A DNA stretch of 39,253 bases from Oligoflexia bacterium (GTDB taxonomy: Bacteria; Bdellovibrionota; Bdellovibrionia; JABDDW01), in assembly GCA_043732305.1 (NCBI GenBank), contig JAYTHU010000051.1:1-39253 (forward strand). The letters run 5' to 3'. Made by a program: the position numbers and the translations under genes. Positions within the stretch are counted from its first letter, which is position 1, and the number at the start of each line of letters is the position of its first letter. This document shows positions 16,520 to 26,283 of this stretch, piece after piece. Below the pieces are notes generated by a model, which saw nothing but the letters and a program-made list of their open reading frames with translations, ran no database searches and was not told where the DNA came from.

Positions 16520-17179
16520 ATGAAAACAAAAAAACCAAAATTTCTGAAACTCATCCTTGCATCTCAATCTCCACGCCGCCGTGAGATACTTACTGACGCC
16601 GGTTTTAAATTTGATGTTTACCCATCCAACTCATCGGAATCATTTGATGAAAACCTAACTTTCGAGGAAAACTTGTGTGCAGTTGCTGAAGGGAAAGTTG
16701 AAGCCATCTCAGATAAGATAACTAAGCGATTTAAAAAGGGATTTCTAATTCTCTCTGCTGATACAACTGTGGTTCTAGAGGGAAAAGTATTAAACAAGCC
16801 GAAAGATCGTCGTGACGCTGTGCGCATGCTTAAATTTTTGAGTGGTAAGATTCACACAGTTTGCACTGCCTATAGCTTGTACAATCACGACGAAGGTCTC
16901 GGAGTGACCAAAATAGTGCAAACCCGAGTTGGTTTCAAGAAATTAGAACGTAGCATTATTGAAGACTACCTTGACTCTGGAGAGGCATTCGACAAAGCTG
17001 GGGCATATGGAATACAAGGTCTGGCTCGAGCTTTCATCAATCTGGTTGATGGGGATTTGTTGAATGTTATCGGCCTCCCAATCACCGATGTTAGAGACGA
17101 GCTTAGAAAACGGAAATGGAATGTCCAAACTTCAAGACGTCCTAAAAAGAATAAGCGAAGCGGAAGTCCGCGCAGGTAG
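16520..17179 (+). CDS. maf: Maf-family nucleoside triphosphate pyrophosphatase
   Basis: LILASQSPRRREIL, SADTTV, KPKD, DKAGAYGIQG, NVIGLP; start at 16520 (or 16508). Confidence 0.95.
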   Translation: MKTKKPKFLKLILASQSPRRREILTDAGFKFDVYPSNSSESFDENLTFEENLCAVAEGKVEAISDKITKRFKKGFLILSADTTVVLEGKVLNKPKDRRDAVRMLKFLSGKIHTVCTAYSLYNHDEGLGVTKIVQTRVGFKKLERSIIEDYLDSGEAFDKAGAYGIQGLARAFINLVDGDLLNVIGLPITDVRDELRKRKWNVQTSRRPKKNKRSGSPRR

Positions 17180-17813
17180 AGCTGCGGGAAGTGTTACTCT
17201 TATTGCAGTAAGCAAAACTAAATCATTGGAAGAAATGGTTGCCGTTGCTGCGACCGGAGTTTTGAACTTTGGCGAAAACTATGTTCAAGAAGCCACTCGA
17301 AAAATTGAAAAAATTAAAACTGGTAAACCTGAGATCGATATCAAATGGCATTTGATTGGAGCTCTTCAAACTAACAAATCAAAATTTGTTGTTGGAAAAT
17401 TTCTAACAATTCAAAGCGTTGACCGTTTTGAACTTGGGAAAACTTTGGATCAAAGAGCCGTCGAAGCAGGTGTCATTCAAAATATCATGATCCAAGTTAA
17501 GCTTGGAGATGAACCTACAAAAGGCGGCGTTTCCGCTGCGGATCTTCCCGAACTTTTGAAAAAAATAGTACCTCTTAAAAACTTGCGCATTGAAGGTTTG
17601 ATGGTTTTGCCACCTTTAAATGTCGAGCCCTCTTCTTCGAGAAAATATTTTGCACAGCTTCGAAAACTTCGAGAAGAAACTGCCAAGTTTGTTCCCGCTG
17701 AAAGTGGCAGCTACAAAGAATTAAGTATGGGCACGACTCATGATTTTGAAGTGGCCATTGAAGAAGGCGCAACTATGGTCAGAGTTGGAACCGCTATTTT
17801 CGGGCCTCGCTGA
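17121..17813 (+). CDS. yggS: PLP homeostasis protein YggS/PLPBP
   Basis: LIAVSKT, FGENYVQE, WHLIGALQTNK, LSMGTTHDFEVAIEEGATMVRVGTAIFG. Confidence 0.96.
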   Translation: MSKLQDVLKRISEAEVRAGRAAGSVTLIAVSKTKSLEEMVAVAATGVLNFGENYVQEATRKIEKIKTGKPEIDIKWHLIGALQTNKSKFVVGKFLTIQSVDRFELGKTLDQRAVEAGVIQNIMIQVKLGDEPTKGGVSAADLPELLKKIVPLKNLRIEGLMVLPPLNVEPSSSRKYFAQLRKLREETAKFVPAESGSYKELSMGTTHDFEVAIEEGATMVRVGTAIFGPR

Positions 17814-17817
17814 TTCT

Positions 17818-18666
17818 ATGAAAAGCGGAAATAAAATCTGGGGATTTATTGGTTGTGGAAATCTTTCTCAAGCGATCATTTCCGGAGCTTTACAGAAAAA
17901 AACATTGCTCCACAGACAAATTATTGCCACCAATCGCTCTCAACCAAAAATTTTAAAATTTTCTAAAAAACATAAATTCATCAATTCTAAATCGAACTCG
18001 GATCTTATTTCCAAAAGTTCCGTTGTCATTTTAGGAGTAAAACCTCAAGATCTTGAGCCCGTATTAATGGAGATGTCCAAGCTCCAAAACTATTCCTCGT
18101 CGGCCACTTTTCCAGTTGTGATCTCACTTGCAGCCGGCGTAAAAATGTCGCGACTGCGAGAATTTTTTCCGAACAATCCCGCAGTTATTCGAGTTATGGC
18201 GAATCTTCCTGCGCAAGTCTTTCAAGGTGTTTTTGGGATATATCTCGATTTTCATCCAAAGCTTTCGGCAGCCGCACGTCTGAAGGTGCGTAAGGAAGTT
18301 CTGGCTGTGTTCTCTAGTCTGGGTTTGGTGGTCGAGGTTCATAGTGACGCCGAAGTGAATGTCATTACGGCTGCGGCCGCCTCAGGAGTTGGTTTTGTTT
18401 TTGAATTCATCCGCATTTTTGAATCATGGATTCAAGGCCAAGGTTTAGAAACTGGTGACGCGAAAAGTATCGCCATTCAAACCTTTTTTGGAGCGTCACT
18501 CATGGCGTTACAAAATCAGGACGTGAGCCTTGAATATCAGCGCGACGCAGTCACAAGTAAAAAGGGAACAACATTTGCCGGACTAAAGTCTCTTTCGGAA
18601 AATAATCTAGAAAAAATTCTAAAGCTTGCGCTCCAAGCTTCCCAATCTCGTGCGGAATCACTATAA
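17818..18666 (+). CDS. proC: Pyrroline-5-carboxylate reductase
   Basis: GFIGCGNL, LGVKPQ, ISLAAGV, IRVMAN, VTSKKGTT; yggS-proC synteny. Confidence 0.93.
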   Translation: MKSGNKIWGFIGCGNLSQAIISGALQKKTLLHRQIIATNRSQPKILKFSKKHKFINSKSNSDLISKSSVVILGVKPQDLEPVLMEMSKLQNYSSSATFPVVISLAAGVKMSRLREFFPNNPAVIRVMANLPAQVFQGVFGIYLDFHPKLSAAARLKVRKEVLAVFSSLGLVVEVHSDAEVNVITAAAASGVGFVFEFIRIFESWIQGQGLETGDAKSIAIQTFFGASLMALQNQDVSLEYQRDAVTSKKGTTFAGLKSLSENNLEKILKLALQASQSRAESL

Positions 18667-18717
18667 TAAAATTTGAGCCTCTCAATGATTGGGGGGAATT
18701 CGCACAAGGAGGTTGTT

Positions 18718-19233
18718 TTGAAGATTGCACCCATCGATATCACTCACAAAACTTTTAGCCGCAAAACTTTTGGTCTTGATCAAGAAGAAGTCATTTCATT
18801 TTTGAGAGATGTCGCGGAAGAGATGGAAGGCATCATTCGTGAGCGCAATCACTTGAAGGAAACCATTCGCGAAAAAGAAATTCAAATGATGGAATTTAAA
18901 GAGCGTGATAAATCCTTGAAAGAAACAATCATGACGGCGCACAAGATGACGGAAAATCTTCGAAAAGACGCCGAGCGCGAATCTGCATTGATCATGAATG
19001 AAGCCCAAGGTCGCGCTGAAGCCATTGTTCGCGATGCTCGCGACTCCTTACGAAAGACATATCAAGAGATCAGCGATCTCAAGCGACAAAAGATTCAGTT
19101 CGAAGTCGCACTTAAAAATCTCGTCTCTTCTCACCTGGAAATGATTGATAGGAATAATCACTACAACAATCAACCAACGTTAAGTGCCGACGAAGGTTCA
19201 TCGACCACTCGCAATCTCGAATTTTTAAAATAA
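18718..19233 (+). CDS. divIVA: DivIVA-domain coiled-coil protein
   Basis: KIAPIDITHKTFSRKTFGLDQEEVISFL N-terminal DivIVA motif plus coiled coil; AAGGAGG RBS before TTG 18718. Confidence 0.9.
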   Translation: MKIAPIDITHKTFSRKTFGLDQEEVISFLRDVAEEMEGIIRERNHLKETIREKEIQMMEFKERDKSLKETIMTAHKMTENLRKDAERESALIMNEAQGRAEAIVRDARDSLRKTYQEISDLKRQKIQFEVALKNLVSSHLEMIDRNNHYNNQPTLSADEGSSTTRNLEFLK

Positions 19234-19234
19234 A

Positions 19235-19912
19235 TTAGAATTTAAAATCGAGGCCGCCGCCGTAGATGAGAGTGTCGTATGTGAGTGAGAGGTTGCCGAG
19301 AGTCGGTACTGCGCGTGTGGAGTTATGTTCGTACTTCACCGCAGGAGTGAGGCAGATAGAGTGGGTTAGCTGAAGCTCAATGCCAAAAGATGAATACATA
19401 CCAAAATCTAAAGCCGAATCACTCGATCTGTAATCAGATCCAGCGGCCACAATAGCTGCGGTTTTAAGAGTGTTATCATAGGTGAATTGCGTGAATCCGC
19501 CGTTTACGCCGCCTTCAATGAAGGGTCGAATTCCGGAATTTTCCAGAAATTTCAATCGTAAACCCAATTGCACATCTAAATTATCGAAAGCAAAGTTAAC
19601 TTTGCTCGCCTGATAATTCACGCCGCTTGGACTGATGTAATTGTAGTTGAGAGTTCCGTTGGATTTTTTGTACTGAATCGCGCCGACCAAATGAAAACCG
19701 GAATTACCCAGTGCCTTTAATCCATACAGAGAAAAGGCCAAGCCATTGTTAAAAATGATCGTGTTTGCAGTGGGGTTGATGGGGTTGAAGCCCACCGTGC
19801 TGACAGAAATACCGCCTTGAATATTAGCGGGACGTTCTTGCTGAGCATTAGCCAAAGCAGAAATCAAAAGCACCGATGCCAAAACAAGAATCTGTAAGAG
19901 CGCTCTCGGCAT
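19235..19912 (-). CDS. Outer-membrane beta-barrel protein
   Basis: Signal peptide (ANA), RPFIEGG, C-terminal GGLDFKF beta-signal. Confidence 0.8.
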   Translation of the reverse strand: MPRALLQILVLASVLLISALANAQQERPANIQGGISVSTVGFNPINPTANTIIFNNGLAFSLYGLKALGNSGFHLVGAIQYKKSNGTLNYNYISPSGVNYQASKVNFAFDNLDVQLGLRLKFLENSGIRPFIEGGVNGGFTQFTYDNTLKTAAIVAAGSDYRSSDSALDFGMYSSFGIELQLTHSICLTPAVKYEHNSTRAVPTLGNLSLTYDTLIYGGGLDFKF

Positions 19913-20022
19913 TATTTCTTACGTTTAGCGTCGTCGATACGTTTCTTGGTTCTCACCTTTTTTTTCTTTTGAGCCTTGATACGTTTCATTTTCAGTGAGC
20001 GACGATTGTCGTTGCGTCCCAT
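19912..20022 (-). CDS. 36-aa highly basic small protein (MGRNDNRRSLKMKRIKAQKKKKVRTKKRIDDAKRKK)
   Basis: Not in the ORF track; AAGGAG RBS 6 nt before the ATG; TAATG stop/start overlap with the downstream gene. Confidence 0.75.
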   Translation of the reverse strand: MGRNDNRRSLKMKRIKAQKKKKVRTKKRIDDAKRKK

Positions 20023-20084
20023 TTGATCTCCTTCAATATATGGATGGTGCCTAATTAGTGGCGTGTCGAGTCACTAAATGACAA

Positions 20085-21071
20085 TCATTCATTGCCGCTG
20101 TCAACTTCAAACTTGTCAGGGTCTTGATTTCGTACGGGTTTTGCGTCGCGAGAACGCTTGTGGGACAAGGCGGGCTCTGAGTTCTTGCTCCGGGCCTCAA
20201 GGATGTGACTAAATGCGAGTGTCACCATCGCTCGAGATTCAAGATTGGTCCGTGCTCCGGTGATTGTTTGGTTCACCCCGACAGCCAAGTCGAAATCTCG
20301 GCTAATATTCCAGCCCAATTTCGCTTGAACGTAGAAAAACTGTGGGTTGATTGAATCGTAGATCGTGCTTCCACCGTTGAACAAAAGTATCGGCGTGGCG
20401 CGAACCGAGGGCGTGCTGGTATATTGATCGTTGCTCGTCGTGAACTCCCCGTAGACTTTTAGAAACAAGAAGATGTATTTCCCAAACTCAGTTCGAGAAA
20501 TAATCCCGACTGGTATTTGGGAACTCAAGCCTTGAGATCTCCACTTGTACCCAGCATAAAAAGACATATCCGTGATCCAGAATTTCTTGGCTAGGTAAGC
20601 CAATCCTTGAACTACAAAAGCTCCATCGGTGATAAAGGCAGCTGCGGTAGCACCGGGAAGCGGGGCCAAGTTGGTCACAAGGGTGATATCCGGGATGAGT
20701 TTAAAGCCGGCAACATCAAACAGCTGCAGGCCTGCTCCGAAGGCGGCTTCCCCAATCCCACTTGTTGTGAAGTTATATCCAGGACCTTGGGTTTGCACCT
20801 GCTTGAAATTGACATCGGCATGAACTCCGAAGAAATCTGTGATGTCATAAGTTCCGCCAGCTTGGGTCTTTATTTCCTGAAGTTGATAGCCATTGCCAAT
20901 CGTGAAAATGTTTCCGTTACTATCAAAATTACTATTTGTCAGAAGGTAGCTGGTCTCGTCGTAAAGACCGAGCCTCGTTTGAACGAATCCGAATGGATCC
21001 GCTTGAGCAAATAGGGGAAATGAAAAAATCAGCACTGATAGAATTTTTAACATGCTCTCAGCATTCATCAA
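20085..21071 (-). CDS. Putative outer-membrane beta-barrel protein
   Basis: Signal peptide (AQA), many amphipathic aromatic-ended strands, charged C-terminal tail. Confidence 0.65.
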   Translation of the reverse strand: MMNAESMLKILSVLIFSFPLFAQADPFGFVQTRLGLYDETSYLLTNSNFDSNGNIFTIGNGYQLQEIKTQAGGTYDITDFFGVHADVNFKQVQTQGPGYNFTTSGIGEAAFGAGLQLFDVAGFKLIPDITLVTNLAPLPGATAAAFITDGAFVVQGLAYLAKKFWITDMSFYAGYKWRSQGLSSQIPVGIISRTEFGKYIFLFLKVYGEFTTSNDQYTSTPSVRATPILLFNGGSTIYDSINPQFFYVQAKLGWNISRDFDLAVGVNQTITGARTNLESRAMVTLAFSHILEARSKNSEPALSHKRSRDAKPVRNQDPDKFEVDSGNE

Positions 21072-21114
21072 CTTTTAGATTGTCTCAAGCTCCAATTTAA
21101 GACAGATTTGTGCG

Positions 21115-22386
21115 ATGGAAATTAAACGCAAAAAGCTTTCTCCTATGCTGGTCATATTTCTCACGGTCTTTATCGATCTACTGGGATTTGGAATTATTAT
21201 TCCGCTCAGTCCTTACTACACAGAACATTTTGGTGGATCGGCACTCACTGTAGGTTTATTGAGTGCGAGTTATTCACTCATGCAATTTGTCTTTGCTCCC
21301 ATCTGGGGACGATTGTCAGATCGTGTAGGTCGAAGACCGATTATCTTGATTTCGATTTTAGGTGGAGCTGCTGCATTTTTCTCGTTCGCTGCAGCAGGGT
21401 CACTTGCCATGTTGTTTTTCACCCGCGCGCTTCAAGGAATGTTCGGGGCTAATATCAGTACGGCTCAAGCTTACGTCGCCGATATTTCTACCAAAGAAAA
21501 TCGATCTAAAGCTATGGGTATGGTTGGCGCAGCATTCGGTTTAGGATTTATTTTTGGACCAGCGATCGGCGCAAAATTAAGCGAAGTCGGGCCGATAGTT
21601 GGTACGGCACTTGGACACTCACCCGACGGTATTTTTGGAATGGGATTTCCGGGACTCGTTTCCAGTGCTCTTTGTTTGTTAAATTTTATACTCGCATACT
21701 TTATTTTGCCGGAAAGTTTGACTCCTGAAGTTCGCGCGCGAAATAAAAGCGTTGTCAAAAAATCTCGTTGGGAAGGTTTAACCACGCACTTTCGAAATCC
21801 AAGTTTGAATTGGCTACTGCTGGTATTTTTCTTGGCTACTTTTGCAATGACAAATATGGAATCAACTCTCGCACTATTTACGGAAAAACGATTGGCTTTC
21901 AAAGTCAGGCAAACCGGAGAACTTTTTGCTTACGTGGGCATCGTGATTGCTTTCACCCAAGGTTATCTCATTCGTAAATTTCTTCCTAAATTCGGTGAAG
22001 GGAAAGTTTTGGTGGCTGGTTCTTTACTAGGTGGAGTAGGTTTGATTTTAACTGCGTTTGCTTTCACGCAACCTGTTCTGATGTTTACTCTCGCTTTACT
22101 AGCCCTAGGGTCCGGCATGAGTAGCCCTGCCATTTTAGGTAGTGTGAGTTTGGCAGCTGGTGAAAATGTTCAAGGCGAAGTCATGGGCGTCACTCAAAGT
22201 TTGGGAAGTCTGGCTCGTATTTTTGGGCCAATCACTGGCGGATATTTGTTCAGTCGAATAAGTTCGGGAGCTCCTTACTGGCTTGCAGGAATGGTTATGA
22301 TCAGCTGTGGGATATTGGTCCTGATTAACTTTAAAAACATTCCTCAACATGCTGAAGGCACCAAACCACCTGGGTTCGCTCACTAA
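21115..22386 (+). CDS. MFS transporter, TetA-like drug:H+ antiporter (DHA1) family
   Basis: DLLGFGIIIP, GRLSDRVGRRP motif A, GAAFGLGFIFGPAIG motif C; about 12 TM helices. Confidence 0.93.
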   Translation: MEIKRKKLSPMLVIFLTVFIDLLGFGIIIPLSPYYTEHFGGSALTVGLLSASYSLMQFVFAPIWGRLSDRVGRRPIILISILGGAAAFFSFAAAGSLAMLFFTRALQGMFGANISTAQAYVADISTKENRSKAMGMVGAAFGLGFIFGPAIGAKLSEVGPIVGTALGHSPDGIFGMGFPGLVSSALCLLNFILAYFILPESLTPEVRARNKSVVKKSRWEGLTTHFRNPSLNWLLLVFFLATFAMTNMESTLALFTEKRLAFKVRQTGELFAYVGIVIAFTQGYLIRKFLPKFGEGKVLVAGSLLGGVGLILTAFAFTQPVLMFTLALLALGSGMSSPAILGSVSLAAGENVQGEVMGVTQSLGSLARIFGPITGGYLFSRISSGAPYWLAGMVMISCGILVLINFKNIPQHAEGTKPPGFAH

Positions 22387-22419
22387 CTTCCATTGTCTTT
22401 TCGCAAAAAATGCTCCCGA

Positions 22420-23721
22420 TTAAACTTTGCCTAAGATTTTTTGGGCTTTGACGTAATCGTGGGGCGAAACGTACACGCGATCGATGCGTCGAGTGTCTTC
22501 GTATTTTTTGTAGATTTGCGTGGCCTCTTCAATGCGCGTGACTTTCTTTGGATCCACGTGATTGTCCTCGATCACAAAAATATCAAAACCCTCTTTTTGA
22601 TCTTCAGGATAATAATATTTACTGAGCTTACCGGTTGAGCTCGCAGTGATAAAATCCAATCCTTCGCTTTCTAGATTTCGTGAGACGCGTGCTACATCGT
22701 CGGCGTTCTGAAAATGGCCTTCAAAAAATAGCCGGTATGGTCTTCGTTGGGCGATCATGCTGGCGAGTGGGTTAGAGTTTTTCGCCAAATGCGAATGGAT
22801 TCGATAATCGTCATACTCCAGATAATTTTCAATTTGCGCGGGCAAAAAGAAAGTGCAGTCTGGAGATTTCAAATACTTCAAAAGCATTTCGTCGTAAATG
22901 ATCGCCTTGTGATGAAAATAAACCATCAAGAACATGTGCAGCCGGGAAATCAAAAAATCATCGAAAGTATAAAGGGCGCGGCGATTCAGAGCCAAGTGCA
23001 CAGAGCCTTTGTGCTCATGATAAGTCAAATTGGCGATGAGCCAATCTGAATCGATGTGACCATAACTTGTTCCGCAATAGTAACTATCGCGAACAAGATA
23101 ATCCATACGGTCCACATCAAGTTCACTGCTTACGAGCTGACATAGAATTGGGCGGAAATTTAATCCCCCATCGATAAAAAAATCATCGTGTGCGGTGAGA
23201 TTGAGATCAATCAGTTGTGCGATGTGCAGGGGCGAGAGATCTGAAAACTCACTTTTCAAAACAGCCGTCATACTTGAATCGGTAATAATTTTGAGAGTGT
23301 AGTCTTCATGGTTAGCACGAATGCGTTTGGTCGCGCGCATCCCTGGAACGTTTAACTGTAACTCTGAAAGTGGCGGCATAACTTCTTCAGTTGTATGACT
23401 GAGAGGCCCATGGCCAATGTCATGCAATAGTGCCCCGAGCCTTAAAAGCTGACGAAATCGCCAGCGGACGTCTTTAGAAGTGAATTTATGGCCCTGGAAA
23501 ATGTGGTCGAACACGCGCCCGGCAAGGTGCATGGCCCCTAAAGAATGGCAATACCGGTTGTGCGTCGCGCCAGGGAAAGCAAACTCCGTGAAGCCTAATT
23601 GCTTGATATTTCTCAGCCTTTGGAAAAAAGCCTGGTCAATAACTGCCGTCTCGGGCGGCGTAAGTTCAATACTTCCATGCAGCGGATCTCTGACTTCCAT
23701 GAACTTTTCCCCCTTTGACAT
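22420..23721 (-). CDS. HD-domain phosphohydrolase (SAMHD1-like / dNTPase-related)
   Basis: [53 protein letters not shown]. Confidence 0.92.
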   Translation of the reverse strand: MSKGEKFMEVRDPLHGSIELTPPETAVIDQAFFQRLRNIKQLGFTEFAFPGATHNRYCHSLGAMHLAGRVFDHIFQGHKFTSKDVRWRFRQLLRLGALLHDIGHGPLSHTTEEVMPPLSELQLNVPGMRATKRIRANHEDYTLKIITDSSMTAVLKSEFSDLSPLHIAQLIDLNLTAHDDFFIDGGLNFRPILCQLVSSELDVDRMDYLVRDSYYCGTSYGHIDSDWLIANLTYHEHKGSVHLALNRRALYTFDDFLISRLHMFLMVYFHHKAIIYDEMLLKYLKSPDCTFFLPAQIENYLEYDDYRIHSHLAKNSNPLASMIAQRRPYRLFFEGHFQNADDVARVSRNLESEGLDFITASSTGKLSKYYYPEDQKEGFDIFVIEDNHVDPKKVTRIEEATQIYKKYEDTRRIDRVYVSPHDYVKAQKILGKV

Positions 23722-23781
23722 GGTTTACGTCTGGCAGATATATTAGTCACAACTTCGGATTTTCACAAGCAGGGGAAAGCC

Positions 23782-24576
23782 ATGCAGCAATATCAAACAC
23801 TTTTGAAACATATTCTTGAAACCGGATCTGATCGCACTGATCGAACTGGAACTGGCACCCGCGGGGTTTTTGGTTATCAGATGCGCTATGATCTGGCGGA
23901 AGGCTTTCCGCTTGTAACTACAAAAAAAGCGCACATGAAAAGTGTGATTCATGAGTTGCTGTGGTTCTTGTCCGGCGATTCAAACATTCGCTACTTGAAG
24001 GACAACAAAGTTTCTATCTGGGACGACTGGGCCGATGAAAATGGCGATCTTGGTCCAGTGTATGGAGTTCAATGGCGTTCTTGGTTGGCCGCTGACGGGC
24101 ACACAGTTGATCAAATTTCTCAAGTGATCGAAAATATCAAACGTGATCCAAATTCTCGCCGGCATATTGTCAGCGCATGGAATGTGGGGATGATCGAAAA
24201 GATGGCGTTGCCGCCTTGCCATGCGCTATTTCAGTTTTATGTGAACGATGGTGTATTGAGCTGCCAACTTTATCAGCGCAGCGCCGACGTCTTTTTAGGA
24301 GTTCCATTTAACATTGCAAGTTACGCGCTCCTCACTATGATGGTCGCTCAAGTTTGCAACTTGGTTCCCGGAGAATTTATTCACACACTGGGTGATGCGC
24401 ATCTTTATAATAATCATTTTGAACAAGCGAAATTGCAAATCACACGTGAGCCCAAGCCACTGTCAAAAATGATTTTGAATCGTGACATAAAAAATATTTT
24501 TGATTTCAAATATGAAGATTTCCAGCTCATAGGTTATGACCCACATCCTGGGATCAAAGCTGAAATTAGCGTCTAA
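23782..24576 (+). CDS. thyA: Thymidylate synthase
   Basis: [40 protein letters not shown]. Confidence 0.98.
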   Translation: MQQYQTLLKHILETGSDRTDRTGTGTRGVFGYQMRYDLAEGFPLVTTKKAHMKSVIHELLWFLSGDSNIRYLKDNKVSIWDDWADENGDLGPVYGVQWRSWLAADGHTVDQISQVIENIKRDPNSRRHIVSAWNVGMIEKMALPPCHALFQFYVNDGVLSCQLYQRSADVFLGVPFNIASYALLTMMVAQVCNLVPGEFIHTLGDAHLYNNHFEQAKLQITREPKPLSKMILNRDIKNIFDFKYEDFQLIGYDPHPGIKAEISV

Positions 24577-24593
24577 ATTTACCGAGGTCCCAA

Positions 24594-25145
24594 TTGATAA
24601 TTTCTTTTATAGTGGCAATGGCGAAAAATCGCGTCATTGGCAATAACAATAAGCTTCCCTGGAAATTACCCGAAGATCTCAGGCGTTTCAGAAAAATAAC
24701 GAGTGGGCACCCAGTGATCATGGGTCGAAAAACTTTGGACTCGCTTGATCGTCTTTTGCCCGGTCGAGAAAATGTTGTCATCACTCGTGCGCAGGACTAT
24801 TGGCCTAATTTCCTAAATAAGGGAACTTTAGAAAACAATCAAGCCATCAAGGGAATGCCTTCAGAGGGAACTTCCCTCAGAATATGTCATTCTTTGGAAG
24901 AGGCACTTGAGCCTTATAAATCTACAGATAGGGAAGTTTTCATTTTAGGTGGCGGCGAGATTTTTACGTTAGCGCTTCCGCAAATGCAAAGATTATATCT
25001 CACGATAATCGGAAAAAATTTTCGCGGAAATGCCCATTTCCCAAAAGTGAATTTAAACGGCTACCGCGTCTTTTTTGAAGAGCAGCATGCCACCAGTGAA
25101 GGTGACAATCTGCCCTACAAATTTATTGATTACGATAAAATTTAA
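24594..25145 (+). CDS. folA: Dihydrofolate reductase
   Basis: VIGNNNKLPWKLPEDL, IMGRKT, LPGRENVV, ILGGGEIF; follows thyA; TTG start with GAGG RBS. Confidence 0.95.
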   Translation: MIISFIVAMAKNRVIGNNNKLPWKLPEDLRRFRKITSGHPVIMGRKTLDSLDRLLPGRENVVITRAQDYWPNFLNKGTLENNQAIKGMPSEGTSLRICHSLEEALEPYKSTDREVFILGGGEIFTLALPQMQRLYLTIIGKNFRGNAHFPKVNLNGYRVFFEEQHATSEGDNLPYKFIDYDKI

Positions 25146-25146
25146 A

Positions 25147-26283
25147 TTATTGGGAAATTGTTCCTGAGCCGAAAATAAAACTTCCCACGTGCGCGCACTT
25201 GGTGAGCGGCAACTGATTGTCATTTTGGGTAACCACGGTGGAAAAGCATTGATCCAAGATCATGAAGTTTCCCGGAACCTGGTTGCTCACTTCATAAGTC
25301 CAGTTTAGTTTCATGGTGCTTCCATCGGGCGCAGTGTCGATCTCGACAAACTGAAGTCGTGTGGCGTTCGCAGTGCAGCCAGGAAGTTGCGAACAATTTG
25401 TAGTGGTGTATTTGTGTTTGGTCACCGTGAGACCATAATAACTGATCGTGTCACCGGCCACTGCGGAAGTGGAAGGGCTCGGAGTTGCTGTTGCTACCGG
25501 TGCCGGAGAAGCTGAAGGTGACGCGCTAGGAGTTGGTGACGCCGAGGACATCGCGTGCATTTTTCCTGCAAGAGTCGAAAGATTCTGGCTAGAGATTTTT
25601 CGTTTTAAAATATCGTGAATTGAATTTTCAAAAGTCGTGAGAGAACCTTCGGATCTTTTAAATACTTGAGGGCTGTCGTCACCCATAGCCGTAGATTTTT
25701 CGATTTCGATCTTATTCAGAGTTCGCGCAATCTGTCTGGAGCTTCCAGAAATCATGTCGGCAATTTTGCTCGGACTAGCAGCGGGGAAAAGTGGTAAAAG
25801 ATTTTCGACTTTTACTTCCATCTCGGTAAAAATCTTTTTCATTCTATTTTTAAACGAAACGGGTGAGTGCTTCACCAAGATCATGGACTTGGGTTGCACT
25901 GGTGGAGCAGTGGCGACAGGATCGCGGGCAATTTCATAATCCTGAGATGCACCAGTTTCCACGGTGTGATCCGAGTAGAAAATGTATTTAGGATTGATTT
26001 CAGTGACCTGCAAAATATGAGTTTCCTCAATGATTGAACTTTGAATGATATTATCCGAAAGTGTGAGGGTCCCGTAATCACCAACGTGATACGCCTGATC
26101 TTGAGTCACACCAGACTGAGCTTGCAAAATTGCCGCTTGGATTTGTTGCGCATTTGTTGGCGTTCCAAGATTACTTCCATCATCAGGTGGTTTCACCATA
26201 CAACTGGAAGTGATCAGTGCTGAGGCTCCGATAATGGAAACAACTAATATTGAAGTCGCACTTGATCCAAAATTTTTCTTCAT
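25147..26283 (-). CDS. Hypothetical lipoprotein with Ser/Pro/Thr-rich linker and Cys-containing C-terminal domain
   Basis: ITSSC lipobox-like signal; SASPTPSASPSASPAP linker; 4-nt overlap with the upstream GNAT gene. Confidence 0.65.
   Translation of the reverse strand: MKKNFGSSATSILVVSIIGASALITSSCMVKPPDDGSNLGTPTNAQQIQAAILQAQSGVTQDQAYHVGDYGTLTLSDNIIQSSIIEETHILQVTEINPKYIFYSDHTVETGASQDYEIARDPVATAPPVQPKSMILVKHSPVSFKNRMKKIFTEMEVKVENLLPLFPAASPSKIADMISGSSRQIARTLNKIEIEKSTAMGDDSPQVFKRSEGSLTTFENSIHDILKRKISSQNLSTLAGKMHAMSSASPTPSASPSASPAPVATATPSPSTSAVAGDTISYYGLTVTKHKYTTTNCSQLPGCTANATRLQFVEIDTAPDGSTMKLNWTYEVSNQVPGNFMILDQCFSTVVTQNDNQLPLTKCAHVGSFIFGSGTISQ

Noticed and set aside
18718..19233. DivIVA in a diderm organism as a novelty
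   Set aside because: DivIVA next to yggS/proC is already known in Bdellovibrio and related deltaproteobacteria-like lineages.
21081..21104. Imperfect palindrome TGTCTCAA-N8-TTAAGACA between divergent genes
   Set aside because: Single 7/8 match; similar AGACA words elsewhere (near 7893 and 39122) do not form a consistent motif that I can support.
21115..25145. TetA-like MFS and DHFR as acquired resistance genes
   Set aside because: No tetR, integron or IS context; thyA-folA is a standard chromosomal pair.
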